From: Chloroflexota bacterium
GTDB lineage: Bacteria; Chloroflexota; Limnocylindria; P2-11E
Assembly: GCA_005889075.1 (NCBI GenBank)
Contig: VBDQ01000017.1
Span: forward strand, 2,075-66,074
Direction of reading: 5' to 3'
Length of the DNA stretch: 64,000 nt
Of this stretch, positions 44,536 through 53,647 are shown piece after piece. A program made the translations under genes and the position numbers. Each line of letters opens with the position of its first letter. The first letter of the stretch is position 1. The notes under the pieces are model-generated. The model was not told where the DNA came from, searched no databases, and was given only the letters and a program-made list of their open reading frames with translations.

Positions 44536-45372
44536 TTGGTGTCACGACCTCTTTCGACGGGCCTCGCGACCGCGTTCTTTCGTCTGTATTTGCTCGACGC
44601 GCTCGCCCGCGGGCCTGCGCGTCCAGCGGTACTGCTCGCGGCGATCGCGGCCGAAGGGCTTCCGTTCGCGCCGGGCGCTTTTGGTCGCGCGGTTCAAAGC
44701 CTTCTCGAGGGCGGTCACATCGCGCCGGCGGCACTCGGGAACGTGAGCCTCACCATGCTTGGCGCAGCCGAGTGCGCGGTGGAACGCGAGCGCTGGTCCG
44801 TGATGCTTCCGACGCTGGTGCGTTTGCTCGGCGATCCAGAGCAACGACCGGCGACCGTCGTCGTCCCCACGCCCGCGGTCGAGCGCGCGCCTGCCGTCGC
44901 GGATGCCTATCTCGATCGGGTCCTCGTCGCCTCGGTGCGCGAGCGCGTCGCCGCCGCCCGGGACGGCGGGCCGATCTTCGCGGTCGTGCTGGCACAGGTC
45001 GACCTCGACGCGGTCGGCGAGGCGACGCGGCGAGCGATGCTGCATCGCGCGATCCGCGCGACCCTCGGCGGCAGCGCGACGCTCTTTGGTGGGGATACCT
45101 CGACCTATCGCTACGGCGACTCCGGTATCGCGGTGATCGCGCCCACCGGCCGGGACTCGGGACGCGCCGAACGTTTGCGCACGCTCGTGCGTGCGCGGCT
45201 CGACGAGCTGATGCGCACGATGACCGCCACGGTGCGCGCCTTCGGCGGTGCCCGCTGGCAAGTTCGCGCCGGCGCCGCCACATGGGGCGAGGAGCTGGGA
45301 ACGACCATTAATCTGCTGCGCCGCGCCGAAATTGCCCTTTCGGAGGACGCCCAGCGGCGCGACGCTGCCTGA
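44536..45372 (+). CDS. PadR-like wHTH fused to a degenerate GGDEF domain
   Basis: N-terminus FRLYLLDALARGPARPAVLL...LLEGGHI is PadR-like. C-terminus FAVVLAQVDLD...YRYGDSGIAVIAP...VRAGAATWG...LLRRAEIALSEDAQR follows the GGDEF fold order, with GGDEF replaced by GDSGI. Confidence 0.55.
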   Translation: MVSRPLSTGLATAFFRLYLLDALARGPARPAVLLAAIAAEGLPFAPGAFGRAVQSLLEGGHIAPAALGNVSLTMLGAAECAVERERWSVMLPTLVRLLGDPEQRPATVVVPTPAVERAPAVADAYLDRVLVASVRERVAAARDGGPIFAVVLAQVDLDAVGEATRRAMLHRAIRATLGGSATLFGGDTSTYRYGDSGIAVIAPTGRDSGRAERLRTLVRARLDELMRTMTATVRAFGGARWQVRAGAATWGEELGTTINLLRRAEIALSEDAQRRDAA

Positions 45373-45435
45373 GGACTTGTATGACGGCCCGTCACGCAGT
45401 ACCCCTATATGTGCACGTCGCCGGGGGGAGAACGC

Positions 45436-45675
45436 ATGACGAAGCTGGTTCGGTACGTTTGCCGGGCGTCGGGGCATCAGCAGCTGTCGCTGTTCGATGC
45501 ACAGGCGCCGTGGTCGCCGAATCCGCTCACGCTGCGCGAGGGCGCGTGGGCGTACTGCCCCATCGGTGCTCAGGAAGCGCACGACTGGGAGCAGATCGCG
45601 GATCGTCTGATCGATGACCTGCGCGAGGAGACCGAGCGGACGATCAGCGCGGCGCAGTCAGGCGGAAGCGCATAA
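45436..45675 (+). CDS. hypothetical small protein
   Basis: ATG 45436 is preceded by GGGGGGAG. 79 aa. No motif recognised. Confidence 0.4.
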   Translation: MTKLVRYVCRASGHQQLSLFDAQAPWSPNPLTLREGAWAYCPIGAQEAHDWEQIADRLIDDLREETERTISAAQSGGSA

Positions 45676-45690
45676 CGGGCTAGGTCGCGC

Positions 45691-46341
45691 CTACTGTTCG
45701 ACGAGTCCCAGCTCGTTCGCGCGGATCACGGCTTCGAGACGGGAGTGGGCCTGCAGCTTCTCCAGGATGTTCTGGATGTAGCCCCGCGCGGTATGGGCAG
45801 TGATCCCGAGCGCATCGCTGATCGCCGGAACATCCTGCGCTTTCGCCATGAGCCTCAGCACCTCTCGTTCCCGCGGCGTCAGGGAGGCGACCTGACGATC
45901 TCGTTCGAGTCGTTGCCGCGAGCGCTCGCGTGAGCGACGAAGGAGCCGAGTCAGCTCGTCCGGAGCCAGAAGGATCTCGCCCGCGGCCGCGCGACGCACC
46001 GCCGACACGACGTCGGCGGCGCGAGCGCCTTTCGGCACGTACCCACGGATCCCCGACTCGACGGCGGTCACGAGATCGTCCTCGGTCATCGAACCTGAAA
46101 ACATGATCACGGCGGTCGCCGGCCTGATTTCGAGCACCCTCGCGACCGCGTCGGTTCCGGACATCCCCGGCAGCCCCTGATCCATCAACACGACATCCGG
46201 TTCCGTCTCGCGGACGATGCGAAGGGCCGTCTCGGCGTCGGGCGCGATCGGTGTGAGCTCGAACCCGGGCTCGCGCGACAGCAGGGCGTGGAGACTCTCG
46301 GCGACGGCGATGTGGTCGTCGACGATGAGCAGGCGCACCAC
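45691..46341 (-). CDS. NarL/LuxR-family response regulator
   Basis: RLLIVDDH...VVLMDQGLPGMSG receiver plus LTPREREVLRLMAKAQDVPAISDALGITAHTARGYIQNILEKL LuxR HTH. Confidence 0.9.
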   Translation of the reverse strand: MVRLLIVDDHIAVAESLHALLSREPGFELTPIAPDAETALRIVRETEPDVVLMDQGLPGMSGTDAVARVLEIRPATAVIMFSGSMTEDDLVTAVESGIRGYVPKGARAADVVSAVRRAAAGEILLAPDELTRLLRRSRERSRQRLERDRQVASLTPREREVLRLMAKAQDVPAISDALGITAHTARGYIQNILEKLQAHSRLEAVIRANELGLVEQ

Positions 46342-46449
46342 CCTCGTTCGAGGTTAACAACCTCGAACCTGAAGTCAATTGAAATGCGCCTCGATTCTCG
46401 CTACGCGCGACTGCGTGACCGGCGCGGCGCGCCAGCGGAGCGCGGATGT

Positions 46450-46507
46450 TTGACGCTCTTAAGATATCTATGTATCTATGCCAAATAGGCCAGAGAAACC
46501 TATCTAT
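46450..46507 (+). promoter_or_regulatory. AT-rich promoter/operator candidate with three TATCTAT heptamers
   Basis: TATCTAT occurs at 46465-46471, 46473-46479 and 46501-46507. TTGACG lies at 46450-46455 and TAAGAT at 46460-46465. The regulator ATG (46478) lies inside heptamer 2, with no Shine-Dalgarno. Confidence 0.35.
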
Positions 46508-46918
46508 CGCGGCCTACGGCTCGGCGAAGCGGCCAAGCTCCTCGGAGTCTCAGTGGAGACCCTCCGCCGCTGGGAGGCCGGTGGCCGCGTGCGCACCCGC
46601 CGTTCGTCCGGCGGCCAGCGCCTCATCGGCCTTCCGGAGCTCCAACGCCTTCAGGCCGAGCGACGGCGAGCCAGGCCCGAACCGCCGATCGTCGCCCAAT
46701 CCTCGCGAAACCGCTTCCCGGGCATCGTCACAAGAGTCGAACGCGACCGCGTCGCGGCCGTCGTCGAGGTCCAAGCGGGCCCGCACCGACTGGTCAGCCT
46801 CATGACCGCCGAGGCGGCTCGCGAGCTCGGCCTCCGACCGGGCGTCGCCGTCGTGTGCGCGGTCAAGTCGACCAACGTCGTGGTCGAGATCGCCAAAGCC
46901 CCGCGAACCCCCGCTTGA
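46478..46918 (+). CDS. MerR/excisionase-type HTH + TOBE (Mop) molybdate-binding regulator
   Basis: LRLGEAAKLLGVSVETLRRWEAGG is the HTH. NRFPGIVTRVERDRVAAVVEVQAG...VCAVKSTNVVVE is a TOBE/Mop domain. It lies directly upstream of modABC. Confidence 0.8.
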   Translation: MPNRPEKPIYRGLRLGEAAKLLGVSVETLRRWEAGGRVRTRRSSGGQRLIGLPELQRLQAERRRARPEPPIVAQSSRNRFPGIVTRVERDRVAAVVEVQAGPHRLVSLMTAEAARELGLRPGVAVVCAVKSTNVVVEIAKAPRTPA

Positions 46919-46921
46919 GCG

Positions 46922-47680
46922 ATGTCCCGCCTTTTCGTGCTCGCGTGCCTTTCGCTCGTCGTCGGATGCACGCCTTCGCTCGGCCGACCCGGCGAAGCCT
47001 CAGCTGCGGGCGCGATCACGGTCTTCGCCGCGTCCTCGCTGACGGATGCGTTCACCAAAGCCGGCGCGGTGTTCGAGGGGCGGGTTCCGGGGGCGGACAT
47101 CACGTTCAACTTCGGGTCGTCGTCGACCCTCGCGACGCAAATCACGAACGGGGCTCCGGCCGACGTCTTCGCCTCGGCCGACGAGCCGAACATGCAGAAG
47201 GTCGTCGATGCGGAGCTCGTCGATGGATCGCCTTCGGTCTTCGCCGGCAATCATTTGGAGATCGCCGTCGCGCCAGGCAACCCGAAACGTATCGCGGCGC
47301 TTGCCGATCTCGCGAGACCCGGGATCATCGTCATCCTCGCCGCGCCCACGGTGCCGGCCGGCAGGTACGCGCTCGAATCACTGAACAAGGCTGGCGTTTC
47401 GCTCAGCCCCGCGAGCCAGGAGATCGACGTCAGGGCTGTCCTCAACAAGGTCGCGCTCGGCGAAGCTGACGCCGGGATCGTCTACGTGACCGATGTGGTC
47501 TCCGCCGGCACGCGCGTCACCGGCGTCGCGATCCAAGAGCGATATCAGGTGATCGGACGTTACCCGATCGCCGTCACCAGGAGCGCCACGAAACCAACCC
47601 TCGCGCACGCGTTCGTCGACTATCTGCTGTCGAGCGACGGCCAGCAGCTCCTGGCCGGGTTCGGTTTCTCGCGTCCATGA
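46922..47680 (+). CDS. modA: molybdate ABC transporter substrate-binding lipoprotein
   Basis: LVVGC lipobox. ITVFAASSLTDAF...FNFGSSSTLATQI...ADVFASAD are ModA blocks. Confidence 0.9.
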   Translation: MSRLFVLACLSLVVGCTPSLGRPGEASAAGAITVFAASSLTDAFTKAGAVFEGRVPGADITFNFGSSSTLATQITNGAPADVFASADEPNMQKVVDAELVDGSPSVFAGNHLEIAVAPGNPKRIAALADLARPGIIVILAAPTVPAGRYALESLNKAGVSLSPASQEIDVRAVLNKVALGEADAGIVYVTDVVSAGTRVTGVAIQERYQVIGRYPIAVTRSATKPTLAHAFVDYLLSSDGQQLLAGFGFSRP

Positions 47681-48462
47681 CCCCCGAACGGCCGCCACTG
47701 CCTGTGATCATCGCGGCCGCCGTCGCCATCGCGTTCTTCTTGATCCCGATCGCTGGTCTGATCGCGCGCGCGCCATGGGCGACCGCGGTCGAGGAGCTCA
47801 CGAGACCGGAGGCGCTCGCGGCGCTCCGGGTCTCGTTCGTCGTATCGGTCGCGTCGACGATCCTGGCCGTTTTCTTCGGCGTTCCCCTGGCGTGGCTCTA
47901 TGCGCGCGTCGCCTTCCCTGGGCGGGACGTCGTTCGCGCGCTCACGACGCTTCCGATGATCCTGCCGCCGGTCGTCGGCGGGGTGGCGCTGCTCTTCGCG
48001 TTCGGCCGCGCAGGGCTCATCGGTCCCGTGCTCGACGGTCTCTTCGGCATCCGTCTGTCGTTCACGACGCTGGCCGCGGTCCTCGCGGCCTTCTTCGTCT
48101 CAGCACCGTTCCTCGTGCTCACCGTGGAGGCCGGACTGCGCTCGATGGATCGCCGCTTCGAGGAGGCGGCCCGCACGCTCGGCGCCGGTCGCTGGCTGGT
48201 CTTCCGCGACGTGACCCTGCCACTCATCGGGCCGTCCCTGTTCGCGGGCGCGGTCCTCGCATGGGCGAGGGGACTGGGCGAGTTCGGCGCGACCATCACG
48301 TTCGCGGGCAACCTTCCCGGCGTGACGCAGACGCTGCCGCTGGCCGTGCTCGTCGCGCTCGAGAGCCGGCCCGAGGTCGCGCTGATGCTCAGCCTGCTCC
48401 TCCTCGCCATCTCGGCGGTCGTCCTCGTCGCGCTACGCGACCGCTATCTCCGGCTCGCCTGA
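47677..48462 (+). CDS. modB: molybdate ABC transporter permease
   Basis: ATGA overlap with mod[23 protein letters not shown] is the EAA loop. Confidence 0.9.
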   Translation: MTPERPPLPVIIAAAVAIAFFLIPIAGLIARAPWATAVEELTRPEALAALRVSFVVSVASTILAVFFGVPLAWLYARVAFPGRDVVRALTTLPMILPPVVGGVALLFAFGRAGLIGPVLDGLFGIRLSFTTLAAVLAAFFVSAPFLVLTVEAGLRSMDRRFEEAARTLGAGRWLVFRDVTLPLIGPSLFAGAVLAWARGLGEFGATITFAGNLPGVTQTLPLAVLVALESRPEVALMLSLLLLAISAVVLVALRDRYLRLA

Positions 48463-49511
48463 TGTTGCACGCGGAGGTCGGACTTCAGCTGGGCACGCTC
48501 GCGCTCGATGCAACGCTCGATGCGAAGGCCGGCGAGATCGTCGTGCTCCTTGGCCCGAACGGCGCCGGCAAGACCACGCTGCTGCGAGCGATCGCCGGTC
48601 TGACCCCGCTCGCGCGCGGCGAGGTGACCCTCGACGGTGCGGTGCTGGACGACGTCGCGCGCGGCGTGCATGTCCCGGCAGAACGCCGCCCGATCGGCGT
48701 CGTGTTCCAGGAATATCTGCTCTTCCCCCATCAGACGGTCGCCGAGAACGTCGGCTTCGGGTTGCGCGCTCGTGGAGTCGACCGCGTTCACGCCCGCGCG
48801 CGCGCGCTCGAGTGGCTCGATCGCTTCGAGCTCGCGGCCTACGCCGACGCCCGCCCACGATCGCTCTCGGGTGGCCAAGCCCAGCGCGTCGCGCTCGCGC
48901 GGGCGCTCGCGTACACACCGAGGCTCCTGCTTCTCGACGAGCCACTCGCGGCGCTCGACGCGTCCGCGCGCGGCGAGGTGCGGCGCGATCTCAAGCGGCA
49001 TCTTGCCTCGTTCGATGGCATCCGCGTCCTGATCACGCACGATCCTCTCGAGGCCATCGCGCTCGCCGATCGCCTGGTGATCCTCGAGGAGGGCCGCGTC
49101 GTGCAGACCGGCACGCCGAGCGACGTTACGCAGCGACCGCGGACACGTTACGTCGCGGACCTCGTCGGCGTGAATCTCTTCCGCGGGCGCGCGAAGGCCG
49201 GATTGATCTCCCTCGAAAGCGGATCGACGCTCCAGAGCGCGGAGGAGCTCGACGGCGATGTGTTCGCGCTGATCCACCCCAGGGCCGTCGCGCTTCACCG
49301 CCATCGGCCGGAGGGGTCCCCGCGAAACGTCTGGCGCGGCAGGACCCGATCGTTGGATCTTCAGGGCGATCGCGTCCGGGTCGCGGTCGACGGCGAGCTC
49401 GCGATCGTCGCGGAGGTCACGCCGGCGGCGATCCGCGACCTCGCGCTCGCCCAGGGCGGCGAGGTCTGGGTCAGCGTGAAGGCCACCGAGATATCCGTCT
49501 ACCACGCCTGA
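48462..49511 (+). CDS. modC: molybdate ABC transporter ATPase with C-terminal TOBE
   Basis: TGATG junction. [24 protein letters not shown] and LLLDEP. The C-terminal region is TOBE-like. Confidence 0.9.
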   Translation: MLHAEVGLQLGTLALDATLDAKAGEIVVLLGPNGAGKTTLLRAIAGLTPLARGEVTLDGAVLDDVARGVHVPAERRPIGVVFQEYLLFPHQTVAENVGFGLRARGVDRVHARARALEWLDRFELAAYADARPRSLSGGQAQRVALARALAYTPRLLLLDEPLAALDASARGEVRRDLKRHLASFDGIRVLITHDPLEAIALADRLVILEEGRVVQTGTPSDVTQRPRTRYVADLVGVNLFRGRAKAGLISLESGSTLQSAEELDGDVFALIHPRAVALHRHRPEGSPRNVWRGRTRSLDLQGDRVRVAVDGELAIVAEVTPAAIRDLALAQGGEVWVSVKATEISVYHA

Positions 49512-49541
49512 CGCGTGAGGCCCAGTCCCTAAACTCGGCTC

Positions 49542-50792
49542 GTGCCGACCAGCGCCACCTCCGCGAGGCCCGCGGAGCGACTCATGCGAGCGGACGACGC
49601 CCTCGCGCGCATCCTCGCAGGCGTCCCGCCGCTTCCCTCCGTCGATGTCGCGATCCTCGACGCGCTCGGTCTGGTGCTCGACGAGGAGGTCGTCGCCGAC
49701 CGCGATGTTCCCCCGTTTCGCAACTCCGCGATGGACGGTTACGCCGTCCGTGCGCGCGACGTCGCGGATGCTCCTGCGAGCTTGCGGGTGATCGGCGAGA
49801 TCGCGGCCGGCCGCTCCCCGACGCGCACCGTCGGACCTGGGGAGGCGATGCGGATCATGACCGGCGCGCCGGTGCCGGAAGGCGCGGACACGGTCGTTCG
49901 GGTCGAGGACACCGACAACCGGAGCGATGTCGTCACGATCAACGCTGCGACGCCGCCGGGTACGGCGGTCCGTCACGCCGGGGAGGACCTACGGCGCGGC
50001 GAGACCGTGGTCGCGCGGGGGACGGTGCTCCGCGCGGCGGAGATCGGCCTCCTCGCGTCGGTCGGAAGAGCCCGAGCGCGCGTGATCAAGCGGCCGCGGG
50101 TGGCGGTGTTCTCGACCGGAGACGAGCTCGTCGATGCCGGTGCGCCGCTCGCGCCGGGTCAGATCCGCGACACGAACCGGTATTCGCTCGCGTCCGCGCT
50201 CCGAGAGGCCGGCGCGGAGCCATGGGTCCGTGGCATCGTGCGCGATTCGCCCGATGCGCTCCGCGCGGCACTGCGGGAGGCCAGCGCCGCGGACGCGATC
50301 GTCACGAGCGGGGGTGTGTCCGTAGGCGATCACGATTACATGAAGCCGATCATGTCCGAGCTCGGCACGATCGATTTTTGGGCGATCGCGATCCGGCCCG
50401 GACGGCCGCTCGCGTTCGGGGAGCTCCGCGACGGCGATCGGCGCGTCCCGGTCTTCGGTCTCCCGGGCAACGTCGTCTCGTCGCTCGTCACGTTCGAGCT
50501 TTTCGTGCGCCCGGCGCTCCTGCGGATGCAGGGGCGCGACGAGGTCGCGCGCCCGCGGACCAAGGCGCGTCTTCTCGAACCGATCGAGAAGATCGCCTCA
50601 CTCCGGGTCTTCGCACGCGGCATCCACGATCCCAGCGCCGGCACGGTCCGAACGACCGGGCCGCAGGGCTCGGGCATCCTGCGCTCGCTGTCGCTGGCGA
50701 ACTGCCTCATCGACCTCCCCGAAGGGCGCGCGCGTCACGAGGCCGGAGAGCAAGTCGATGTGATCCTCACCGAGCAGCCGGAGCCGCGCTGA
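49542..50792 (+). CDS. moeA: molybdopterin molybdenumtransferase
   Basis: [13 protein letters not shown]...[10 protein letters not shown]...[12 protein letters not shown] are MoeA blocks. The true start may be the internal Met at MRADDAL. Confidence 0.9.
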   Translation: MPTSATSARPAERLMRADDALARILAGVPPLPSVDVAILDALGLVLDEEVVADRDVPPFRNSAMDGYAVRARDVADAPASLRVIGEIAAGRSPTRTVGPGEAMRIMTGAPVPEGADTVVRVEDTDNRSDVVTINAATPPGTAVRHAGEDLRRGETVVARGTVLRAAEIGLLASVGRARARVIKRPRVAVFSTGDELVDAGAPLAPGQIRDTNRYSLASALREAGAEPWVRGIVRDSPDALRAALREASAADAIVTSGGVSVGDHDYMKPIMSELGTIDFWAIAIRPGRPLAFGELRDGDRRVPVFGLPGNVVSSLVTFELFVRPALLRMQGRDEVARPRTKARLLEPIEKIASLRVFARGIHDPSAGTVRTTGPQGSGILRSLSLANCLIDLPEGRARHEAGEQVDVILTEQPEPR

Positions 50793-51271
50793 TGCCGCCG
50801 CGCGCTCGGCTCACTCATGTCGACGCCAAAGGCGCCGCGCGCATGGTCGACGTGGGAGCGAAGCCGGTGACCGAACGGCGCGCCACTGCCCGCGGGATGC
50901 TTCGTCTTTCGACCGCGACGGTCGAGCTCGTGCGCGATGGCAAAACGCCAAAGGGCGACGTGCTCGCCGCCGCGCGCCTTGCCGGAATCATGGCCGCGAA
51001 GAAGACGAGCGAGCTCATCCCGCTCACCCACCCCTTGCCGATCACGTACGCCTCGGTCGAGCTCGCGGTCGACGACGATGGCATCGGGATCGAGGCGACG
51101 GTCGCGACCGCCGCGCAGACCGGCGTCGAGATGGAGGCTCTGACCGCGGTGACCGTCGCGGGCCTCACGCTGTACGACATGTTGAAGGCGGTCGAGCGTG
51201 GCGCGCGCCTCACCGACGTGCGCCTCGTCGAGAAGACCGGGGGAAAGTCGGGGACGTATCGCGGCAAGTGA
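50792..51271 (+). CDS. moaC: cyclic pyranopterin monophosphate synthase
   Basis: TGATG junction. [25 protein letters not shown]...IPLTHPLP...[10 protein letters not shown]. Confidence 0.92.
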   Translation: MPPRARLTHVDAKGAARMVDVGAKPVTERRATARGMLRLSTATVELVRDGKTPKGDVLAAARLAGIMAAKKTSELIPLTHPLPITYASVELAVDDDGIGIEATVATAAQTGVEMEALTAVTVAGLTLYDMLKAVERGARLTDVRLVEKTGGKSGTYRGK

Positions 51272-51768
51272 TCCGCGCCGGCGTCATCACCGTGAGCACG
51301 AAGGGCGCGCTCGGCAAACGCGTCGATGAGAGCGGGCCGGCGATGCACGAAATGCTCGTCACAGCGGGACACAGCGTCGTGCACCAGGCCCTGGTGCCCG
51401 ACGAGGTCGAAGCCATCGCGACCGCGATCCTCGCAGCGGTTCACGCCCGGGCGAACGTCGTGCTGACGACCGGTGGCACCGGTCTCTCGCCGAACGACGT
51501 GACCCCGGAGGCGACACGGCGCGTCATCGACCGCGAGATCCCGGGCATCGCCGAGGCGCTTCGCGCGCGATCGCTCGAGAAGACCGCGCACGCGATGCTG
51601 TCGCGCGGCGTCGCCGGCGCCGTTGGCGCGAGCCTCGTGGTCAACCTGCCGGGATCGCCGCGCGCGGTCCGTGAGTCGCTCGAAGTACTGCTACCGGTGC
51701 TCGAGCACGCCGTAGAGCTGCTCGCCGGCGAGAGCGGCGAGCGCGGACACGCGACCGGCCGGCGGTGA
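51268..51768 (+). CDS. moaB: MoaB/Mog-type molybdopterin adenylyltransferase family protein
   Basis: GTGA overlap. [19 protein letters not shown]...NLPGSP. Confidence 0.85.
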   Translation: MIRAGVITVSTKGALGKRVDESGPAMHEMLVTAGHSVVHQALVPDEVEAIATAILAAVHARANVVLTTGGTGLSPNDVTPEATRRVIDREIPGIAEALRARSLEKTAHAMLSRGVAGAVGASLVVNLPGSPRAVRESLEVLLPVLEHAVELLAGESGERGHATGRR

Positions 51769-52661
51769 GGATCACCGTCGCGCCGCAGGTGCAGGAGCGG
51801 CTCGCAGCAAACGGCCCGGTCGTCGCCCTCGAGTCGACCGTGATCGCGCACGGCCTCCCGCGCCCGCGGAATCTCGAGGCCGCGCACGCCGTGGAGTCCG
51901 ACATACGCGCGGCCGGCGCCGTCCCCGCGACGATCGCGCTCCACGACGGCCTCGCGATCGTCGGGGCCGGAGACGTGCTCCTCGAGCGGCTGGCGAACGA
52001 GGACGGCGTCGCGAAGGCGTCGATCCGCGACATCGCGCCCATCCTCGCGTCGCGCGCGATCGGCGCGACGACCGTCGCCGCGACGGTCGACATCGCCAGT
52101 CGCGCCGGGATCTCGATCGTCGCGACCGGCGGGATCGGTGGCGTGCATCGTGGCGCGGAGCGCACGCTCGACGAGTCCGCGGATCTCGAAGCCATCGCGC
52201 GCAACCCGGTGTGCGTGGTGGCCGCTGGCGCGAAGCTCGTGCTCGATCTCGCGTTGACGCTCGAGCGCCTCGAGACGCTCGGTGTCCCGGTGATCGGCTA
52301 CGGCACGGACGAGTTCCCCGCGTTCTACGTGCGCTCGAGCGGACTGCGCCTCGCTCACCGGGTCAACGACGCGCTCGGCGCGGCGCGCGTCGCCAAAGAG
52401 CAGCTGTCGCGCGGCGGCGGGATGGTGCTCTGTGTTCCGGTACCGGCGCAGGTCGCGCTCGAGCGGAACGAGGTCGAGTCGGCGGTGCGACGCGCGATCG
52501 ACGAGGCCGACCGCGCGGGCATCCATGGCGCGGAGCTCACGCCGCGCTTGTTGCGCGCTCTCGGGGAAGCGACGAACTACAAGGCACTCGACGCAAATGT
52601 CGCGCTGCTGCGCGAGAACGCACGTGTCGCGGCACAGCTCGCGCTCGCTCTGTTCGGCTAG
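51765..52661 (+). CDS. psuG: pseudouridine-5-prime-phosphate glycosidase
   Basis: GTGA overlap with moaB. VVALESTVIAHGLPRP...TGGIGGVHRG...DESADL...GAKLVLDL are IndA/PsuG blocks. Confidence 0.88.
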   Translation: MRITVAPQVQERLAANGPVVALESTVIAHGLPRPRNLEAAHAVESDIRAAGAVPATIALHDGLAIVGAGDVLLERLANEDGVAKASIRDIAPILASRAIGATTVAATVDIASRAGISIVATGGIGGVHRGAERTLDESADLEAIARNPVCVVAAGAKLVLDLALTLERLETLGVPVIGYGTDEFPAFYVRSSGLRLAHRVNDALGAARVAKEQLSRGGGMVLCVPVPAQVALERNEVESAVRRAIDEADRAGIHGAELTPRLLRALGEATNYKALDANVALLRENARVAAQLALALFG

Positions 52662-52717
52662 TCCTTCGGATCGCGCGAAGCGCGGGCCGGTAGTGCTGTG
52701 TAGAGTCGCACCCGGTC

Positions 52718-53647
52718 ATGCAGCGAACGCTCACTGTGCCGCCCTCTCAGGACGAGATCGCGCAGGCCGCTGACGAGATCTCGGGCGGCGCGCTCGCTGG
52801 AGTACGTGTCGAGCCGTGGCCGCGCGGCCGCTCGCATCACGCGTACGTGCTTACGACGCCGACCGGCGAGCAATTCCTCTTCAAGGTGCATCGGCGTCCC
52901 CACGCCGGCCGGATGCGACGGTTCCTCCATCTCGCCGAGCTGCTTGCGGCGAGGAAAGTGCCGCACGCCGCAGTGCGCTGGTCCGACGTCGACCGCCAGA
53001 CGCTACCGGTCCCCTACTACATCCAGGACTTCATCACCGGGGAGGACGCCGCGCGCTCGAGCGGATTGCTCTCGTTCACCGATCAGCATCGCGTCGGTGA
53101 GGAGCTGGGCACCGGCCTCCGCATCATGCACCGTGTCGAATACGTCGATACGCCGATGCCGTGGGCGACCGAGCTCGACGATCGCTTGCGGACCCGCGCC
53201 GCGGAGTGCCGTTTCCTCGATGCGCTCGACCAGAGCTCGCACGCGACCGTGATCAGCTTCTACGAGGAGCGGCGCGCCGCGCTCGAGGGGGTCGAGCGCC
53301 GGCTGACGCACGACGACCTCAACCTGGCGAATCTGCTCCTTCAGCGTCGCGGCGACGGCTGGCATTTTGTCGCGTTCCTCGACTTCGAGCGCGCCCGGGG
53401 ACGCGATCCGCTCCTCGACCTGGTGCGTCTGGAATCCTGGACGCTCCCGGCGTGCCCCGCGATGATGACGCCGTTTCGCGACAGCTACGCGCACGTCGAC
53501 GACGAACGCGCGCGCCGCCGCGCGCAGATCTACGAGGTGTACCTCTTGCTCGCGGGCATCGTCTGGTACCGGCAGAACGAGCTTCCCGAACGCGAGCGCT
53601 TTTGCCGCGAACGCCTGGCCGAGTGGCTGAGCACGCGTCGGACATAG
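52718..53647 (+). CDS. aminoglycoside-phosphotransferase-fold (APH/ChoK-like) kinase
   Basis: LTHDDLNLANLLL...FLDFERA is the Brenner HxDxxxxN plus DFE metal loop of the APH fold. Confidence 0.75.
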   Translation: MQRTLTVPPSQDEIAQAADEISGGALAGVRVEPWPRGRSHHAYVLTTPTGEQFLFKVHRRPHAGRMRRFLHLAELLAARKVPHAAVRWSDVDRQTLPVPYYIQDFITGEDAARSSGLLSFTDQHRVGEELGTGLRIMHRVEYVDTPMPWATELDDRLRTRAAECRFLDALDQSSHATVISFYEERRAALEGVERRLTHDDLNLANLLLQRRGDGWHFVAFLDFERARGRDPLLDLVRLESWTLPACPAMMTPFRDSYAHVDDERARRRAQIYEVYLLLAGIVWYRQNELPERERFCRERLAEWLSTRRT

